DNA from: Deinococcales bacterium
GTDB lineage: Bacteria; Deinococcota; Deinococci; Deinococcales; JAAFIG01
Direction: 5' to 3'
NCBI GenBank assembly: GCA_043778225.1
Contig: JAYWGM010000094.1
Span: 90,267 to 154,266 of the forward strand
DNA: 64,000 bases
Each line of letters begins with the position of its first letter. Within the stretch, counting starts at the first letter, position 1. Below, one piece after another: positions 1-9,531 of this stretch. The position numbers and the translations under genes are program-made. Below the pieces are notes generated by a model. The model saw only the letters and a program-made list of their open reading frames with translations. It made no database searches and was not told the origin of the DNA.

Positions 1-1218
1 CGTTCGATGGGCGAAGTTAAAGCCGAAGGCGCAACCCTGAACCAAATTCTGACGGTTTTACGTTTAGGGGCTTTCTTGAGTGTCATTCTGGTCTTATTTG
101 TGGCAACTCGCTACATCAGGCGGCAAGTGACTGGCTTGACCAGCAGCGCGGCTGGGTTGGCGGTTGGGCATCTGAACCAAGAACTCGGGCGGGTCGGGCA
201 AGACGAAATAGGGCGTTTGACGGCTTCGTTTCACGACATGGTGGCGTATCAGCGTGAAATGGCTGGGGTTGCCAATGCGATTTCTCGAGGTGATTTATCC
301 AAGTCAATCGAACCAAAATCCGAAACCGACGAACTTGGTGTGGCATTTGCGACCATGACCAAAAACTTGCGCGAGTTACTGAGCGCCGTTAATCAAGGCA
401 GTTCAGCCGTGGCGGCGGCTTCGACCCAAATTCTGGCAACTTCGGCACAACAAGCCAGTGGGGTGCATCAGCAAAGTGCGGCGGTGGCACAAACCAGTGC
501 TACCATCGAAGAAGTCCGCAGCAGTTCTGACCAAGCGGTTGGCATTGCGATGTTGGTCTCCGAAAGCGCCGCAAGCGCCTCAGAAGTTGCCACGGCTGGC
601 GTAGAAGCTGCCAACGAAGCCAATCAAGGAATGTCCGAGATTCGCGCTCGAGTCCAGCAGATTGCTGAAAATATTTTGGCGCTTTCGGAACAAACTCAAC
701 AAATTGGCGAAATTATTGCGACCGTCAACGATATTGCTGACCAGAGTAATTTATTGGCGCTGAACGCCGCCATCGAAGCCTCGAGGGCTGGCGACCAAGG
801 CAAAGGTTTTGCGGTGGTTGCCCAAGAAATTCGGCTGCTTTCCGAGCAATCTAAAGGCGCAACTGCCCAAGTCAAATCTATTCTTGGCGAAATCCAGCGT
901 GCCACCAACAGCGCCGTCATGACCACCGAGCAAGGGATTAAAGTCGCCGATGCTGGGGTGGACAGCATTGCCAAGGTGCTGAGTGTGATTGAGGGCTTAC
1001 AAGAAGCGATTCAACACGCTTCGCACAATGCCCAACTGATTTCGGCTTCAGTCCGTCAACACAGTGCTGGCATGGAACAAATCACTGGGGCAATGCAGAG
1101 CATTGGCAATGCCACCAAAGATAATTTATCGGGCGCTCAACACACCCGCGATGCCGCCCAAGAACTAGCGGCACTCTCGAGCCGTTTACGCGGTATGGTA
1201 GAGCAGTACCAGACTTAA
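1..1218 (+). CDS. Methyl-accepting chemotaxis protein (TM-HAMP-HAMP-signalling domain), probably 5'-truncated by the window edge
   Basis: Frame open from base 1; HAMP motifs DEIGRL and DELGVAF; hairpin tip [27 protein letters not shown]. Confidence 0.95.
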   Translation, partial: RSMGEVKAEGATLNQILTVLRLGAFLSVILVLFVATRYIRRQVTGLTSSAAGLAVGHLNQELGRVGQDEIGRLTASFHDMVAYQREMAGVANAISRGDLSKSIEPKSETDELGVAFATMTKNLRELLSAVNQGSSAVAAASTQILATSAQQASGVHQQSAAVAQTSATIEEVRSSSDQAVGIAMLVSESAASASEVATAGVEAANEANQGMSEIRARVQQIAENILALSEQTQQIGEIIATVNDIADQSNLLALNAAIEASRAGDQGKGFAVVAQEIRLLSEQSKGATAQVKSILGEIQRATNSAVMTTEQGIKVADAGVDSIAKVLSVIEGLQEAIQHASHNAQLISASVRQHSAGMEQITGAMQSIGNATKDNLSGAQHTRDAAQELAALSSRLRGMVEQYQT

Positions 1219-1309
1219 TGGTAGAGCAGTACCAGACTTAATGGTAGAGCAGTAACAGACTTAATGGTAGTGCAGTAACAGACTTAATGGTAGTGCAGTA
1301 ACAAACCTA
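1195..1309 (+). repeat. Five tandem 23-bp copies of the MCP 3' end
   Basis: Unit ATGGTAGAGCAGTACCAGACTTA starting at 1195, 1218, 1241, 1264, 1287, degenerating distally; no spacers. Confidence 0.95.
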
Positions 1310-1321
1310 GAGGTTAAAGCC

Positions 1322-3868
1322 GTGATTGATACCCACACCCTTGGACTTGAATTTGCCCTGCACCTCGAGGCATTGCAACAAGCCATTGATTTCTCAAGCG
1401 CCCATTTGGCACTGCACCGAGCAAGGGTTGCCGGCAGAGCCTCGGGGCATGAACTTGAGTTGTTTCTAAAAGCCCTCGAGTCAAACACAGCCACAGCGAC
1501 TACACCTTTAGAAACCGTCTGGCTCGAGGCTTGGACAGCCCATGGCTGGCGTGGCATGGCAGCACTTGAAGTGGCAACGCGGCTCGAGTCGTTGCGTGCC
1601 GCAACCGACCCAGACAGCGCCAAACTCGAGCTTCATCGGGCGCGGGTGGCATTGCAAAGTGCCAATACCAACGATGCCCTTGCAGGGTTTTTAGCCCAAC
1701 TCGAGGCTGGGGTATCTGCACCAGCCAATAACCAACAAGCGGCTGCGTGGCTCGAGGCGTACCAGCCACGCGACAGCGCCATACGGCAAATTTTTGATAA
1801 AGAACTCGCCGAGCGCCTTGTGGCACTGCGTCAAGCCAAAGACCCAAAGACCATGCGCCTTGAGTTGCACCGTTTGCGGGTGGCAGCCCGAGTGGTCGAG
1901 GATGCCCTCGAACCACAAATTTTACGTTTGGAGCGTGGCGAAAGCACCACCGTCAGCGACCCACGCCTCAAAGCAGCCCTGCCCGTGACTCGAGCCACCC
2001 CCGAGGTTCGCCCAGAAGATTCTCGACTGGATAAAGCCCCAAGTTTGGTTTCGCAAAGCATCATCCCGCCCGTCCAGACCCGTTCGACCGACAATGCGGC
2101 GACTTTGGATGGTTCGGCTCGAGCCGTTGCCCAGGAGAGCGTCCGTGTTTCGGTGGCGCGTTTGGATTCCTTATTGGCACAAGCGGGCGAACTGACGGTT
2201 GGGCGAATTCGCATCGAAGAACGGCTGCGCGATTTACGCGATTTATTAAGTCGGCGCAACTTGGAGCGTCGTAACTCGAGGCATTCACGCACCCTGCGGC
2301 GGCGTTTACAAAGTTTAGCCGAAGAAAACCGCGATGTCGCTTCGGTGCTGGGTTTACTCGAGACTGGCGAAGAGAGTACAAGGCGGGCGCTTGACCGCCT
2401 TGAGGATGTCTTAAACCGCTTAACTGGCGATTTGGCGCAATTGCGTACCGTCAACACGACCATCGAAGATGAAGTTTTGAGTGTGCGGCTCCTGCCTGCC
2501 GCGATGCTTTTTCCGCCGCTCGAGCGGTTGGTGCGCGACCTTGGTCAGCAACTTGGTAAGCAAGTGCGGCTGATTACTTTGGGTGGCAGCATCGGTATTG
2601 ACCGCAAAATTCTCGAGGGGCTGCGCGATCCCTTAATGCACATGATTCGTAATTCGGTAGACCATGGCTTGGAATTGCCGATTATTCGCCAAGAACTTGG
2701 CAAGCCTACCGAAGGCACAATTACTTTGTCGGTCAACTCGAGTGGTGGCATGGTGACGCTGCTGTTGTCCGATGATGGGGCTGGCATGAACGCGCAAAAA
2801 ATCCTGCAAAAAGCTGAGCAAAAAGGGATTATCCAAAGTGCTGCCAGCTACGACCCAAAACTGGCACTCGACCTGATTTTTGAACCCGGTTTTAGCATGG
2901 CAGCCGCCGTGACCGATGTTTCTGGGCGTGGCGTTGGCATGGACGTGGTGCGGCAAAATATCCGAGCTTTAAGCGGCACGGTTGGGGTTCAAAGTCAAAT
3001 CGGTCAAGGCAGCCATTTTGCAATGCGCGTTCCGGCACAACTCGCCACCGTGCGGGTTTTACTAGCGCGAGTCGGTCACGACACCTTTGCGATTCCAACT
3101 GCCAGCGTTGAACGTACTGGACGGGTCAAAGTCGAGGGGATTCATCAACTCGAGGGGCGCAGTGTGATTATTCTCGAGGGTCGTCCTGTGCCATTGGTCG
3201 AACTTGGTGGGGTCATGGATGTGCCATTTGAAGCTGGCGAGTCTTGGCAGCCTTATTTTATCCTGCGCCGCGACGACGACCGCTTGGCGTGTACTGTCGA
3301 CGCGATGCTTGGCGAACAAGAAGTGGTGGTCAAAAAGTTATCGTACCCGCTCGAGAAATTCGCGCCACTCGAGGGGGCGGCTGTGCTGGGCAGTGGGCAA
3401 CTGGTTTCGATTCTTGCCAGCACCCACTTAATCGAACGTGGCTTGCGCCGCGAAATTCGGGTACGCCGCGAACTCAAACTTGCGCCAACGATTGCGGCTC
3501 GAGTGCCACGAATTATGGTTGTGGACGACAGCATTACCAGCCGAACTTTAGAGCGCAGCATTCTCGAGGCGGCGGGTTTTGAAACCATCACGGCAGTTCA
3601 TGGCGCACAAGCCCTTGATTTTTTACGACGCGGCGAACACGTTGATTTGGTGGTCTCGGATGTCGAAATGCCAGAACTCGATGGCTTTGGGCTGACGGCA
3701 GAAATTCGCCGTGACCCACGCCTAGCGCAAATCCCCGTGATTCTCATTACCAGCCTAAACGCCCCAGAACACAAAGAACGCGGCGCAATGGCTGGCGCAG
3801 ATGCCTATATCGTCAAAGGAGAATTTGACCAAGGGGTCCTGCTCGAGACGATCAATCGGTTGTTATAA
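1322..3868 (+). CDS. cheA: Hybrid chemotaxis histidine kinase CheA (HPT-like, dimerisation, HATPase, CheW, REC)
   Basis: VRVSVARLDSL, LMHMIRNSVDHGLE, DDGAG, SGRGVGMDVV, CheW-like region, C-terminal REC (VVDDS, SDVEMP, YIVK). Confidence 0.95.
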   Translation: MIDTHTLGLEFALHLEALQQAIDFSSAHLALHRARVAGRASGHELELFLKALESNTATATTPLETVWLEAWTAHGWRGMAALEVATRLESLRAATDPDSAKLELHRARVALQSANTNDALAGFLAQLEAGVSAPANNQQAAAWLEAYQPRDSAIRQIFDKELAERLVALRQAKDPKTMRLELHRLRVAARVVEDALEPQILRLERGESTTVSDPRLKAALPVTRATPEVRPEDSRLDKAPSLVSQSIIPPVQTRSTDNAATLDGSARAVAQESVRVSVARLDSLLAQAGELTVGRIRIEERLRDLRDLLSRRNLERRNSRHSRTLRRRLQSLAEENRDVASVLGLLETGEESTRRALDRLEDVLNRLTGDLAQLRTVNTTIEDEVLSVRLLPAAMLFPPLERLVRDLGQQLGKQVRLITLGGSIGIDRKILEGLRDPLMHMIRNSVDHGLELPIIRQELGKPTEGTITLSVNSSGGMVTLLLSDDGAGMNAQKILQKAEQKGIIQSAASYDPKLALDLIFEPGFSMAAAVTDVSGRGVGMDVVRQNIRALSGTVGVQSQIGQGSHFAMRVPAQLATVRVLLARVGHDTFAIPTASVERTGRVKVEGIHQLEGRSVIILEGRPVPLVELGGVMDVPFEAGESWQPYFILRRDDDRLACTVDAMLGEQEVVVKKLSYPLEKFAPLEGAAVLGSGQLVSILASTHLIERGLRREIRVRRELKLAPTIAARVPRIMVVDDSITSRTLERSILEAAGFETITAVHGAQALDFLRRGEHVDLVVSDVEMPELDGFGLTAEIRRDPRLAQIPVILITSLNAPEHKERGAMAGADAYIVKGEFDQGVLLETINRLL

Positions 3869-3931
3869 CTCGAGACGATTAACCGCTTGTTGTAACTCGA
3901 GACGATTAACCGCTTGTTATAACTAGAAACC
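3842..3931 (+). repeat. Three tandem 27-bp copies of the cheA 3' end plus a partial fourth
   Basis: Copies at 3842, 3869 and 3896 all read LETINRLL-stop; CTAGAAACC (LET) at 3923. Confidence 0.95.
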
Positions 3932-4014
3932 ACTCGAGTCATACTCCCTTTGCTTTACTATCCAAAAGTCCATATCTCTTTTCCCTCCTCCTAAGGTACA
4001 CTCCCTAACGCTTT

Positions 4015-5154
4015 ATGCAGCCATCCAATCCCCAAAAACGAATCCGCGTCCTTGTTGTGGATGATTCCAGTGTGCAGCGTCGAATGCTGGTCAGTCTGCT
4101 TGAATTGGATGGTGGTTTTGAAGTCGTTGGGACTGCCAGCAACGGAGCAGAAGCTGTGCCAATGGCATTGCGCTTGCTGCCCGATGTGATTACCATGGAT
4201 TTACGAATGCCGATTATGGATGGTCTGGCTGCTTCTGAAGCCATTATCGAACAAGCCCCAATTCCAATTCTGATGGTCACTTCCAGTGTCTCTAAAGACG
4301 ACCAGCGTTTGGTTGCCAAAGCGATTGCGGCTGGGGTGCTGGCAATTATTGCCAAACCCAACATCCACACCGATACGCACGAGTTTTTAAGGATGGTGCG
4401 TGGTATCTCGAGGGTCAAAGTGATTCGCCGCAAACCACAACCCAGACCAGCCCCAAACGCCCTGTCACGCACCGTCATTGCTGAGCCGATTACGCTGCCC
4501 TTTGAACGGCGGGCAGGCTTGGTGGCGGCTCGACTCAGCCCCGCGATTTTGCCGAGCAGCATCTCAAGGGTCAATGTCATTGGGATTGCCTCGAGTACCG
4601 GTGGTCCGCAAGCCCTCGAGCCACTTTTAACCCGCTTGCCGAGCGATTTTCCTGTACCAATTATTATTGTGCAGCACATTGTCGAGGGTTTTGCTGCCAG
4701 TCTGGTCGAGTGGCTGCGCCCGTTGTGTGCTTTATCAATCGAACTTGCGCCAATTGGACAAGCCGTGCGCCCCGGTATTTGGATTGCTGGCGGCGGTCAT
4801 CATCTGGTGGTGCGCGAAGGACTTTTTCATTCGAGTATGGAAATGCCCGTCTCGGGACAGCGCCCCAGTGGTACGGTGCTGTTTCGCAGTCTGGTGCGCG
4901 AATACCGCAACAATGCAGTCGGTGTGGTTTTATCGGGCATGGGCGACGATGGAGCAGCCGGACTCGAGATGATGCACAAAGCGGGTGCAGCCATCCTTGC
5001 CCAAGACGAAGCCACCAGTGTGATTCACAGTATGCCAAGCAGTGCCATTCGTAAAGGTGTGGTGCATCATGTCATGCCACCGCTCGAGATTGCCAATACT
5101 TTAATCGATTTTGCCAGACGTGCCAGACCAGATTGGCAGCCACCACCGCCTTGA
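4015..5154 (+). CDS. cheB: Chemotaxis response regulator protein-glutamate methylesterase
   Basis: REC (VVDDS, MDLRMP) plus methylesterase triad motifs ASSTGGP, VQH, SGMGDDG. Confidence 0.95.
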   Translation: MQPSNPQKRIRVLVVDDSSVQRRMLVSLLELDGGFEVVGTASNGAEAVPMALRLLPDVITMDLRMPIMDGLAASEAIIEQAPIPILMVTSSVSKDDQRLVAKAIAAGVLAIIAKPNIHTDTHEFLRMVRGISRVKVIRRKPQPRPAPNALSRTVIAEPITLPFERRAGLVAARLSPAILPSSISRVNVIGIASSTGGPQALEPLLTRLPSDFPVPIIIVQHIVEGFAASLVEWLRPLCALSIELAPIGQAVRPGIWIAGGGHHLVVREGLFHSSMEMPVSGQRPSGTVLFRSLVREYRNNAVGVVLSGMGDDGAAGLEMMHKAGAAILAQDEATSVIHSMPSSAIRKGVVHHVMPPLEIANTLIDFARRARPDWQPPPP

Positions 5155-5171
5155 GCCTAGCCAAAGGTACA

Positions 5172-5219
5172 GCGCCAATAAATTGCAATCGATTACACTT
5201 AACCAAAGATTATTGGCGC
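5172..5219 (+). promoter_or_regulatory. Putative promoter with a LacI-type operator upstream of the TctC-like gene
   Basis: TGCAATCGATTACA (5184-5197) overlaps TACACT (5194-5199); enclosed by inverted repeat GCGCCAATAA/TTATTGGCGC. Confidence 0.5.
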
Positions 5220-5250
5220 AGATAAAAAAGAATCTTTTGGGGAGAACAAC

Positions 5251-6213
5251 ATGAAAAAACGTTGGTTATTTGGCGCGGGTTTAGCCGCGCTTGTGGCAGG
5301 ATTGGGTTTCTCGAGCAGCATTGCTCAAGTTCAAGGACTTAAAATTATTGCCCCTGCCGCAGTTGGTGGCGGTTGGGATCAAACGGCTCGAGCCATCAAA
5401 GCGGTACTTGAATCCACCAAGTTGGTAACTGATGTGGATGTGGTCAATGTTCCAGGGGCTGGCGGTACAGTTGGTTTAGGACAGTTTGTTGGCTTAAAAG
5501 GCGACGAAAATACCCTGATGGTCATGGGTTTAGTCATGGTTGGCGCAATCCAGACCAACAACTCCAAAGCCAATCTTGATATGGTCACACCGATTGCCCG
5601 TTTGACTGGCGAATACGAAGTGATTGTTGTTCCAGCCAGCAGCAAAATAGATAACTTAACCGAGTTTTTAGCAGCTTGGAAAGCCAACACTGCTAATTTT
5701 ATTGTGGCAGGTGGTGGGGCTGGTGGCACAGACCATATTGCGGTTGGGTTACTTGCCCAAAGCAGTGGTGTAGACCTAAACCGAATCAATTACCAAGCCT
5801 TTTCGGGTGGTGGCGAAGTGGTGAGCGCCATGCAAGCCAACCAAGTATCGGCTGGAGTCTCGGGATTATCCGAATTTTTACCACTGATTGAATCGGGCAA
5901 GCTGCGTGCCATTGGTCTGACCAGCCCAAAGCGTTTACCAAACGTCAATATCCCGACCTTTAAGGAACAGGGCGTGCGCTTAGAACTTGCCAACTGGCGT
6001 GGTATTGTTGCGCCGCCACGCATCAGCAATGAACGCCGCCGTGAACTGGTCAACATGATGAACCGCTTGAGTGCATCTGACTTATGGCAAAGTATTCTCA
6101 AACAAAAAAGCTGGCTGGATTTATACCAATCGGGCAGCCGTTTTGATGTCTTTTTGAAACTCGAGGATGAAAAAATCACCAACACGCTGCGTGGTATTGG
6201 TGTAATTAAGTAA
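5251..6213 (+). CDS. Tripartite tricarboxylate transporter substrate-binding protein (Bug/TctC family)
   Basis: Signal peptide; PAAVGGGWDQTAR, NVPGAGGTVG, IPTFKEQG, NWRGIVAP. Confidence 0.92.
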   Translation: MKKRWLFGAGLAALVAGLGFSSSIAQVQGLKIIAPAAVGGGWDQTARAIKAVLESTKLVTDVDVVNVPGAGGTVGLGQFVGLKGDENTLMVMGLVMVGAIQTNNSKANLDMVTPIARLTGEYEVIVVPASSKIDNLTEFLAAWKANTANFIVAGGGAGGTDHIAVGLLAQSSGVDLNRINYQAFSGGGEVVSAMQANQVSAGVSGLSEFLPLIESGKLRAIGLTSPKRLPNVNIPTFKEQGVRLELANWRGIVAPPRISNERRRELVNMMNRLSASDLWQSILKQKSWLDLYQSGSRFDVFLKLEDEKITNTLRGIGVIK

Positions 6214-6231
6214 CATCCATCACCACAGCCT

Positions 6232-6306
6232 TGAGGTTGTAGACTATCACCATGCCGTGAGGTTGTAGACTATCACCATGCCGTGAGGTTGTAGACTGTT
6301 GCCATG
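6232..6306 (+). repeat. Three tandem 26-bp copies containing a -10 box and ATG
   Basis: TGAGGTTGTAGACTATCACCATGCCG at 6232 and 6258, variant at 6284; only the last copy supplies the real start codon. Confidence 0.9.
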
Positions 6307-7227
6307 AAGATTATTTTAGACTGCGACCCCGGACACGACGACGCACTGGCAATCATGCTGGCACTCTCCAGCCCTGAACTCGAGGTGCTGGGCATCACGG
6401 TCAGTTATGGCAATGTCGGACTCGAGAACACGCTTAAAAATGCCCTAAAAATTCGTGAATTGTGCGGCTCGAGTGTGCCAGTTTTTGCGGGTGTGCCACT
6501 GCCTTTGGTCTCGAGCCGAATATCAGCCGAATTTGTCCATGGGCGCAGTGGCTTGGATGGTCCAGTGCTGCCCGAACCCACGCGAGGCGCAGAGTCCAGA
6601 CGCGCCGTAGACTTTATTATTGACTCGGTTTTGGAAAATCCACACCAAGTCACGCTTTGCCCAGTTGGTCCAATGACCAATGTCGCTATGGCAATGCGGC
6701 TCGAACCAAAAATTGTGCCGTTAATCCAAAAAATTGTGCTGATGGGTGGCAGCACGGGTTTGGGCAATTGGTCGCCGGCGGCGGAGTTTAATATCCTCTG
6801 CGACCCTCATGCGGCAAAAATTGTTTTTGAATCAGGTTGCGACATCACGATGTTTGGTTTGAATGTCACCCATCAAGCCTTGGCGCTGCCGCAGCATATT
6901 CAAGCCATTCGTGACAATGGCAACCAAACCAGTCTGGTGGCTGCCGAACTGCTCGAGTTCTTTAAGCTGGCGTACCAAACTCGCTATGGCTATGCCGGAC
7001 CTGCGCTGCACGACCCCTGTGTGATTGCTTACCTGATTCGCCCCGAACTTTTTAGGCTCGAGGATTTACACGTGGTCATAGATGACTCGAGCGGTGCGTC
7101 TTTTGGGCGCACCGTGGTGGATGTCTACCGCGTGACCCAAAACCAAGCCAATACCCATGTGGCACTCGAGATAGATGCCGACGGTTATTTTGCCCTGCTG
7201 TCCGAACGTTTAGCAAAACTACCGTAA
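6304..7227 (+). CDS. Inosine/uridine-preferring nucleoside hydrolase
   Basis: DCDPGHDD, GPMTN, AEFNI.CDP, LHDP motifs. Confidence 0.95.
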   Translation: MKIILDCDPGHDDALAIMLALSSPELEVLGITVSYGNVGLENTLKNALKIRELCGSSVPVFAGVPLPLVSSRISAEFVHGRSGLDGPVLPEPTRGAESRRAVDFIIDSVLENPHQVTLCPVGPMTNVAMAMRLEPKIVPLIQKIVLMGGSTGLGNWSPAAEFNILCDPHAAKIVFESGCDITMFGLNVTHQALALPQHIQAIRDNGNQTSLVAAELLEFFKLAYQTRYGYAGPALHDPCVIAYLIRPELFRLEDLHVVIDDSSGASFGRTVVDVYRVTQNQANTHVALEIDADGYFALLSERLAKLP

Positions 7228-7268
7228 TCTATTCCACATAGCCCCTCTCATGCAGTATGGTATTGCAC

Positions 7269-7676
7269 ATGGCGACAAAATCCAACCCCATGACCTCGGT
7301 CGAAGTCAGTGCTGACCCCAGCCTCGAGCAAGTCCGCGATATTTTATTTGGGCAACAGCAGCGCAGTTTTAATAACGATTTATCGGTGCTGGAGGCTCGA
7401 GTTTCGGCACTTGAAAAACGTTCTGAGGACATTGAGCGCGAACTGGCAGCTACTAAAGATGACCTCGAGTCCAAAATTCGTGCCGAAAGCCAACGCCAAG
7501 ACAAAGCCTTAAATGCCGAAGCCAACCGCTTAAATAAGCTGATTGCCTCAGAAGTTGCTGCACTGCAAGCCCAGCATCAGCAGAGTATGGCAGACCTCGA
7601 AGCCCTGCGCCTCAAAGACCGCGCTAAATTGGCTGCCCTGATGGTGGCGCTGGCACAGCAACTCGAGGCGGACTGA
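7269..7676 (+). CDS. Coiled-coil hypothetical protein, first gene of the small-GTPase operon
   Basis: LEQVRDILFG motif then heptad-rich helix; start chosen from TATGGT-N7-ATG. Confidence 0.75.
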   Translation: MATKSNPMTSVEVSADPSLEQVRDILFGQQQRSFNNDLSVLEARVSALEKRSEDIERELAATKDDLESKIRAESQRQDKALNAEANRLNKLIASEVAALQAQHQQSMADLEALRLKDRAKLAALMVALAQQLEAD

Positions 7677-7678
7677 GC

Positions 7679-9022
7679 GTGACCGCCCCTTTGGATAAAA
7701 GCCTGCCAGATGTGTCTTTTGATGCGCTGCGCGAAGTGCTTTTGTCCGAAGAACGCAACCGCCTTGGTTTGGTCGAACATCGGCTCGATGACCCCGAAGT
7801 TCGAGCTACTGAACTTGCCGAAGTGATGAGCGAAGCCATGACTTTGGCGGCAAAAGATGCCCGTTTTGCACGGGTCTTAGCGCCAACCATCGAAAAAGCC
7901 TTGTTTGAATCGGTGCGGGCGAACCCAGAAGGGCTTGCCGATGCCCTTTTTCCAGTCTTGATGCCAACCATTCGGCGTGTCGTCTCGAGTTTAATCGAAC
8001 GCAGTTTTGAAAATTTTAATCGGGTACTCGAGGTTTCGGTTTCGCCGCGCAGCTTTGCTTGGCGGGTTGAATCTTGGCGCACGGGCAGACCATTTTCGGA
8101 AATCGTTTTGTTTCATACCATTCAATACCGAGTCGAACAAGTGCTGCTGATTCACCGCCAAACAGGCTTGTTGCTGACTCAGGTTGGGGTCAATGTCAGT
8201 GCCGAAGCCGATTTGGTCAGTGCGATGCTAACGGCGATTCAAGACTTTGCTCGAGACAGTTTTCAAATGGCAGACGAAAGCATCCGCACTTTTAGAATTG
8301 GTGATTTAACTGTACTGGTCGAAACCTCGCCATATGGCACGGTGGCGGCGGCGGTGCGTGGCACACCACCACTCAAACTGACCGACAACTTAGCGGTGGC
8401 GCTCGAGACGATCGAAATGCGTTTCCCGATTGCTTTAAGCGAATTTGTTGGCGATACCTCGGCTTTTGAAGCCACCAAGCCAATCCTCGAGATGTGTTTG
8501 GCGACTGTCTATATGCAGCCAACGGCGGTGCAAAAACCCAAACCCGCCGCTAATCCAATGGTTCGTTATGCGCTTCCACTGCTAACAGTGGCGCTTTTGG
8601 CTGGGGTGGCATGGTGGGTCTGGAACGCTTACCAAAATAGCCAATGGCAAAGTGCAGTTCAGGCGCTGCGGCTCGAGCCGGGGTTTTTAATCATCGAAGA
8701 TAATCAAAATCGTTTGGTCGGTCTGCGCGATCCCTTAGCTCGAGACCCACAAGTGGTGCTTGATTCTTTGGGCTACCCTGATGTGCCACAAGTCTGGGGT
8801 GAGTATCAATCTCTGGATTCGCAACTGACGATCGAACGCGCTCGGGTGGCACTTGAACCAGCCTCGAGTACCGCCGTTGAATTGCGCGGACAAACCTTGG
8901 TCTTTAGTGGACAAGCCACCGAAGCCTGGGTAAAACGCGCTAAACTAATCGCACGTGGATTAACCGGAATCTCGGGGGTAGACTCGAGAGCCGTGACTTT
9001 GGTGCAAGTGGAGAAGAAATGA
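7679..9022 (+). CDS. Single-pass membrane protein associated with the small GTPase
   Basis: Helical N-terminus, YRVEQVLLIHR..GLL and MLTAIQDF..DSF motifs, one TM helix, GLRDPLA in the external part; overlaps the GTPase start. Confidence 0.75.
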   Translation: MTAPLDKSLPDVSFDALREVLLSEERNRLGLVEHRLDDPEVRATELAEVMSEAMTLAAKDARFARVLAPTIEKALFESVRANPEGLADALFPVLMPTIRRVVSSLIERSFENFNRVLEVSVSPRSFAWRVESWRTGRPFSEIVLFHTIQYRVEQVLLIHRQTGLLLTQVGVNVSAEADLVSAMLTAIQDFARDSFQMADESIRTFRIGDLTVLVETSPYGTVAAAVRGTPPLKLTDNLAVALETIEMRFPIALSEFVGDTSAFEATKPILEMCLATVYMQPTAVQKPKPAANPMVRYALPLLTVALLAGVAWWVWNAYQNSQWQSAVQALRLEPGFLIIEDNQNRLVGLRDPLARDPQVVLDSLGYPDVPQVWGEYQSLDSQLTIERARVALEPASSTAVELRGQTLVFSGQATEAWVKRAKLIARGLTGISGVDSRAVTLVQVEKK

Positions 9023-9531
9023 CTCAAGAAACAATTTTACAATTTAAGATTTGTCTGCTCGGGGGGTCGGCGGTTGGTAAATCGAGTCTGATTGCCCGTT
9101 TTGTCCACAGTATTTACTCGTCGCAGTACCACACCACAGTTGGGGTACGAATCGAAAAAAAGTTGGTGCGTAGCCCCACAGGCACAGCCAACTTGATGAT
9201 TTGGGACATCAACGGCGAAGATGCCTATCAAAAAGTCCAAACGACTTATTTGCGTGGTATGGCGGGCTATTTGTTGGTTGCCGATGGCACACGCGCTCAG
9301 ACGATCGACGAATGCCTTAAACTTCATGCTCGAGCCACCGAAGGGTTTGGCGCATTACCGGCGTATTTACTAATCAATAAATCTGACCTCGAGTCCGAAT
9401 GGCGGGTAGACATGACACAACTTCAATCCCTTGGCATCCAAATCCTCAAAACCAGTGCTTTAAGCGGCGATAATGTCGAAACTGCCTTTACGCAACTGGC
9501 ACAACAAATGCTGCAAAAGGCGCGACCATGA
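9019..9531 (+). CDS. Small Ras/Rab-like GTPase
   Basis: G1 GGSAVGKSS, G2 TTVG, G3 WDING, G4 NKSD, G5 TSA. Confidence 0.93.
   Translation: MTQETILQFKICLLGGSAVGKSSLIARFVHSIYSSQYHTTVGVRIEKKLVRSPTGTANLMIWDINGEDAYQKVQTTYLRGMAGYLLVADGTRAQTIDECLKLHARATEGFGALPAYLLINKSDLESEWRVDMTQLQSLGIQILKTSALSGDNVETAFTQLAQQMLQKARP

Noticed and set aside
1195..1309. CRISPR array
   Set aside because: No spacers; the unit is the MCP gene end
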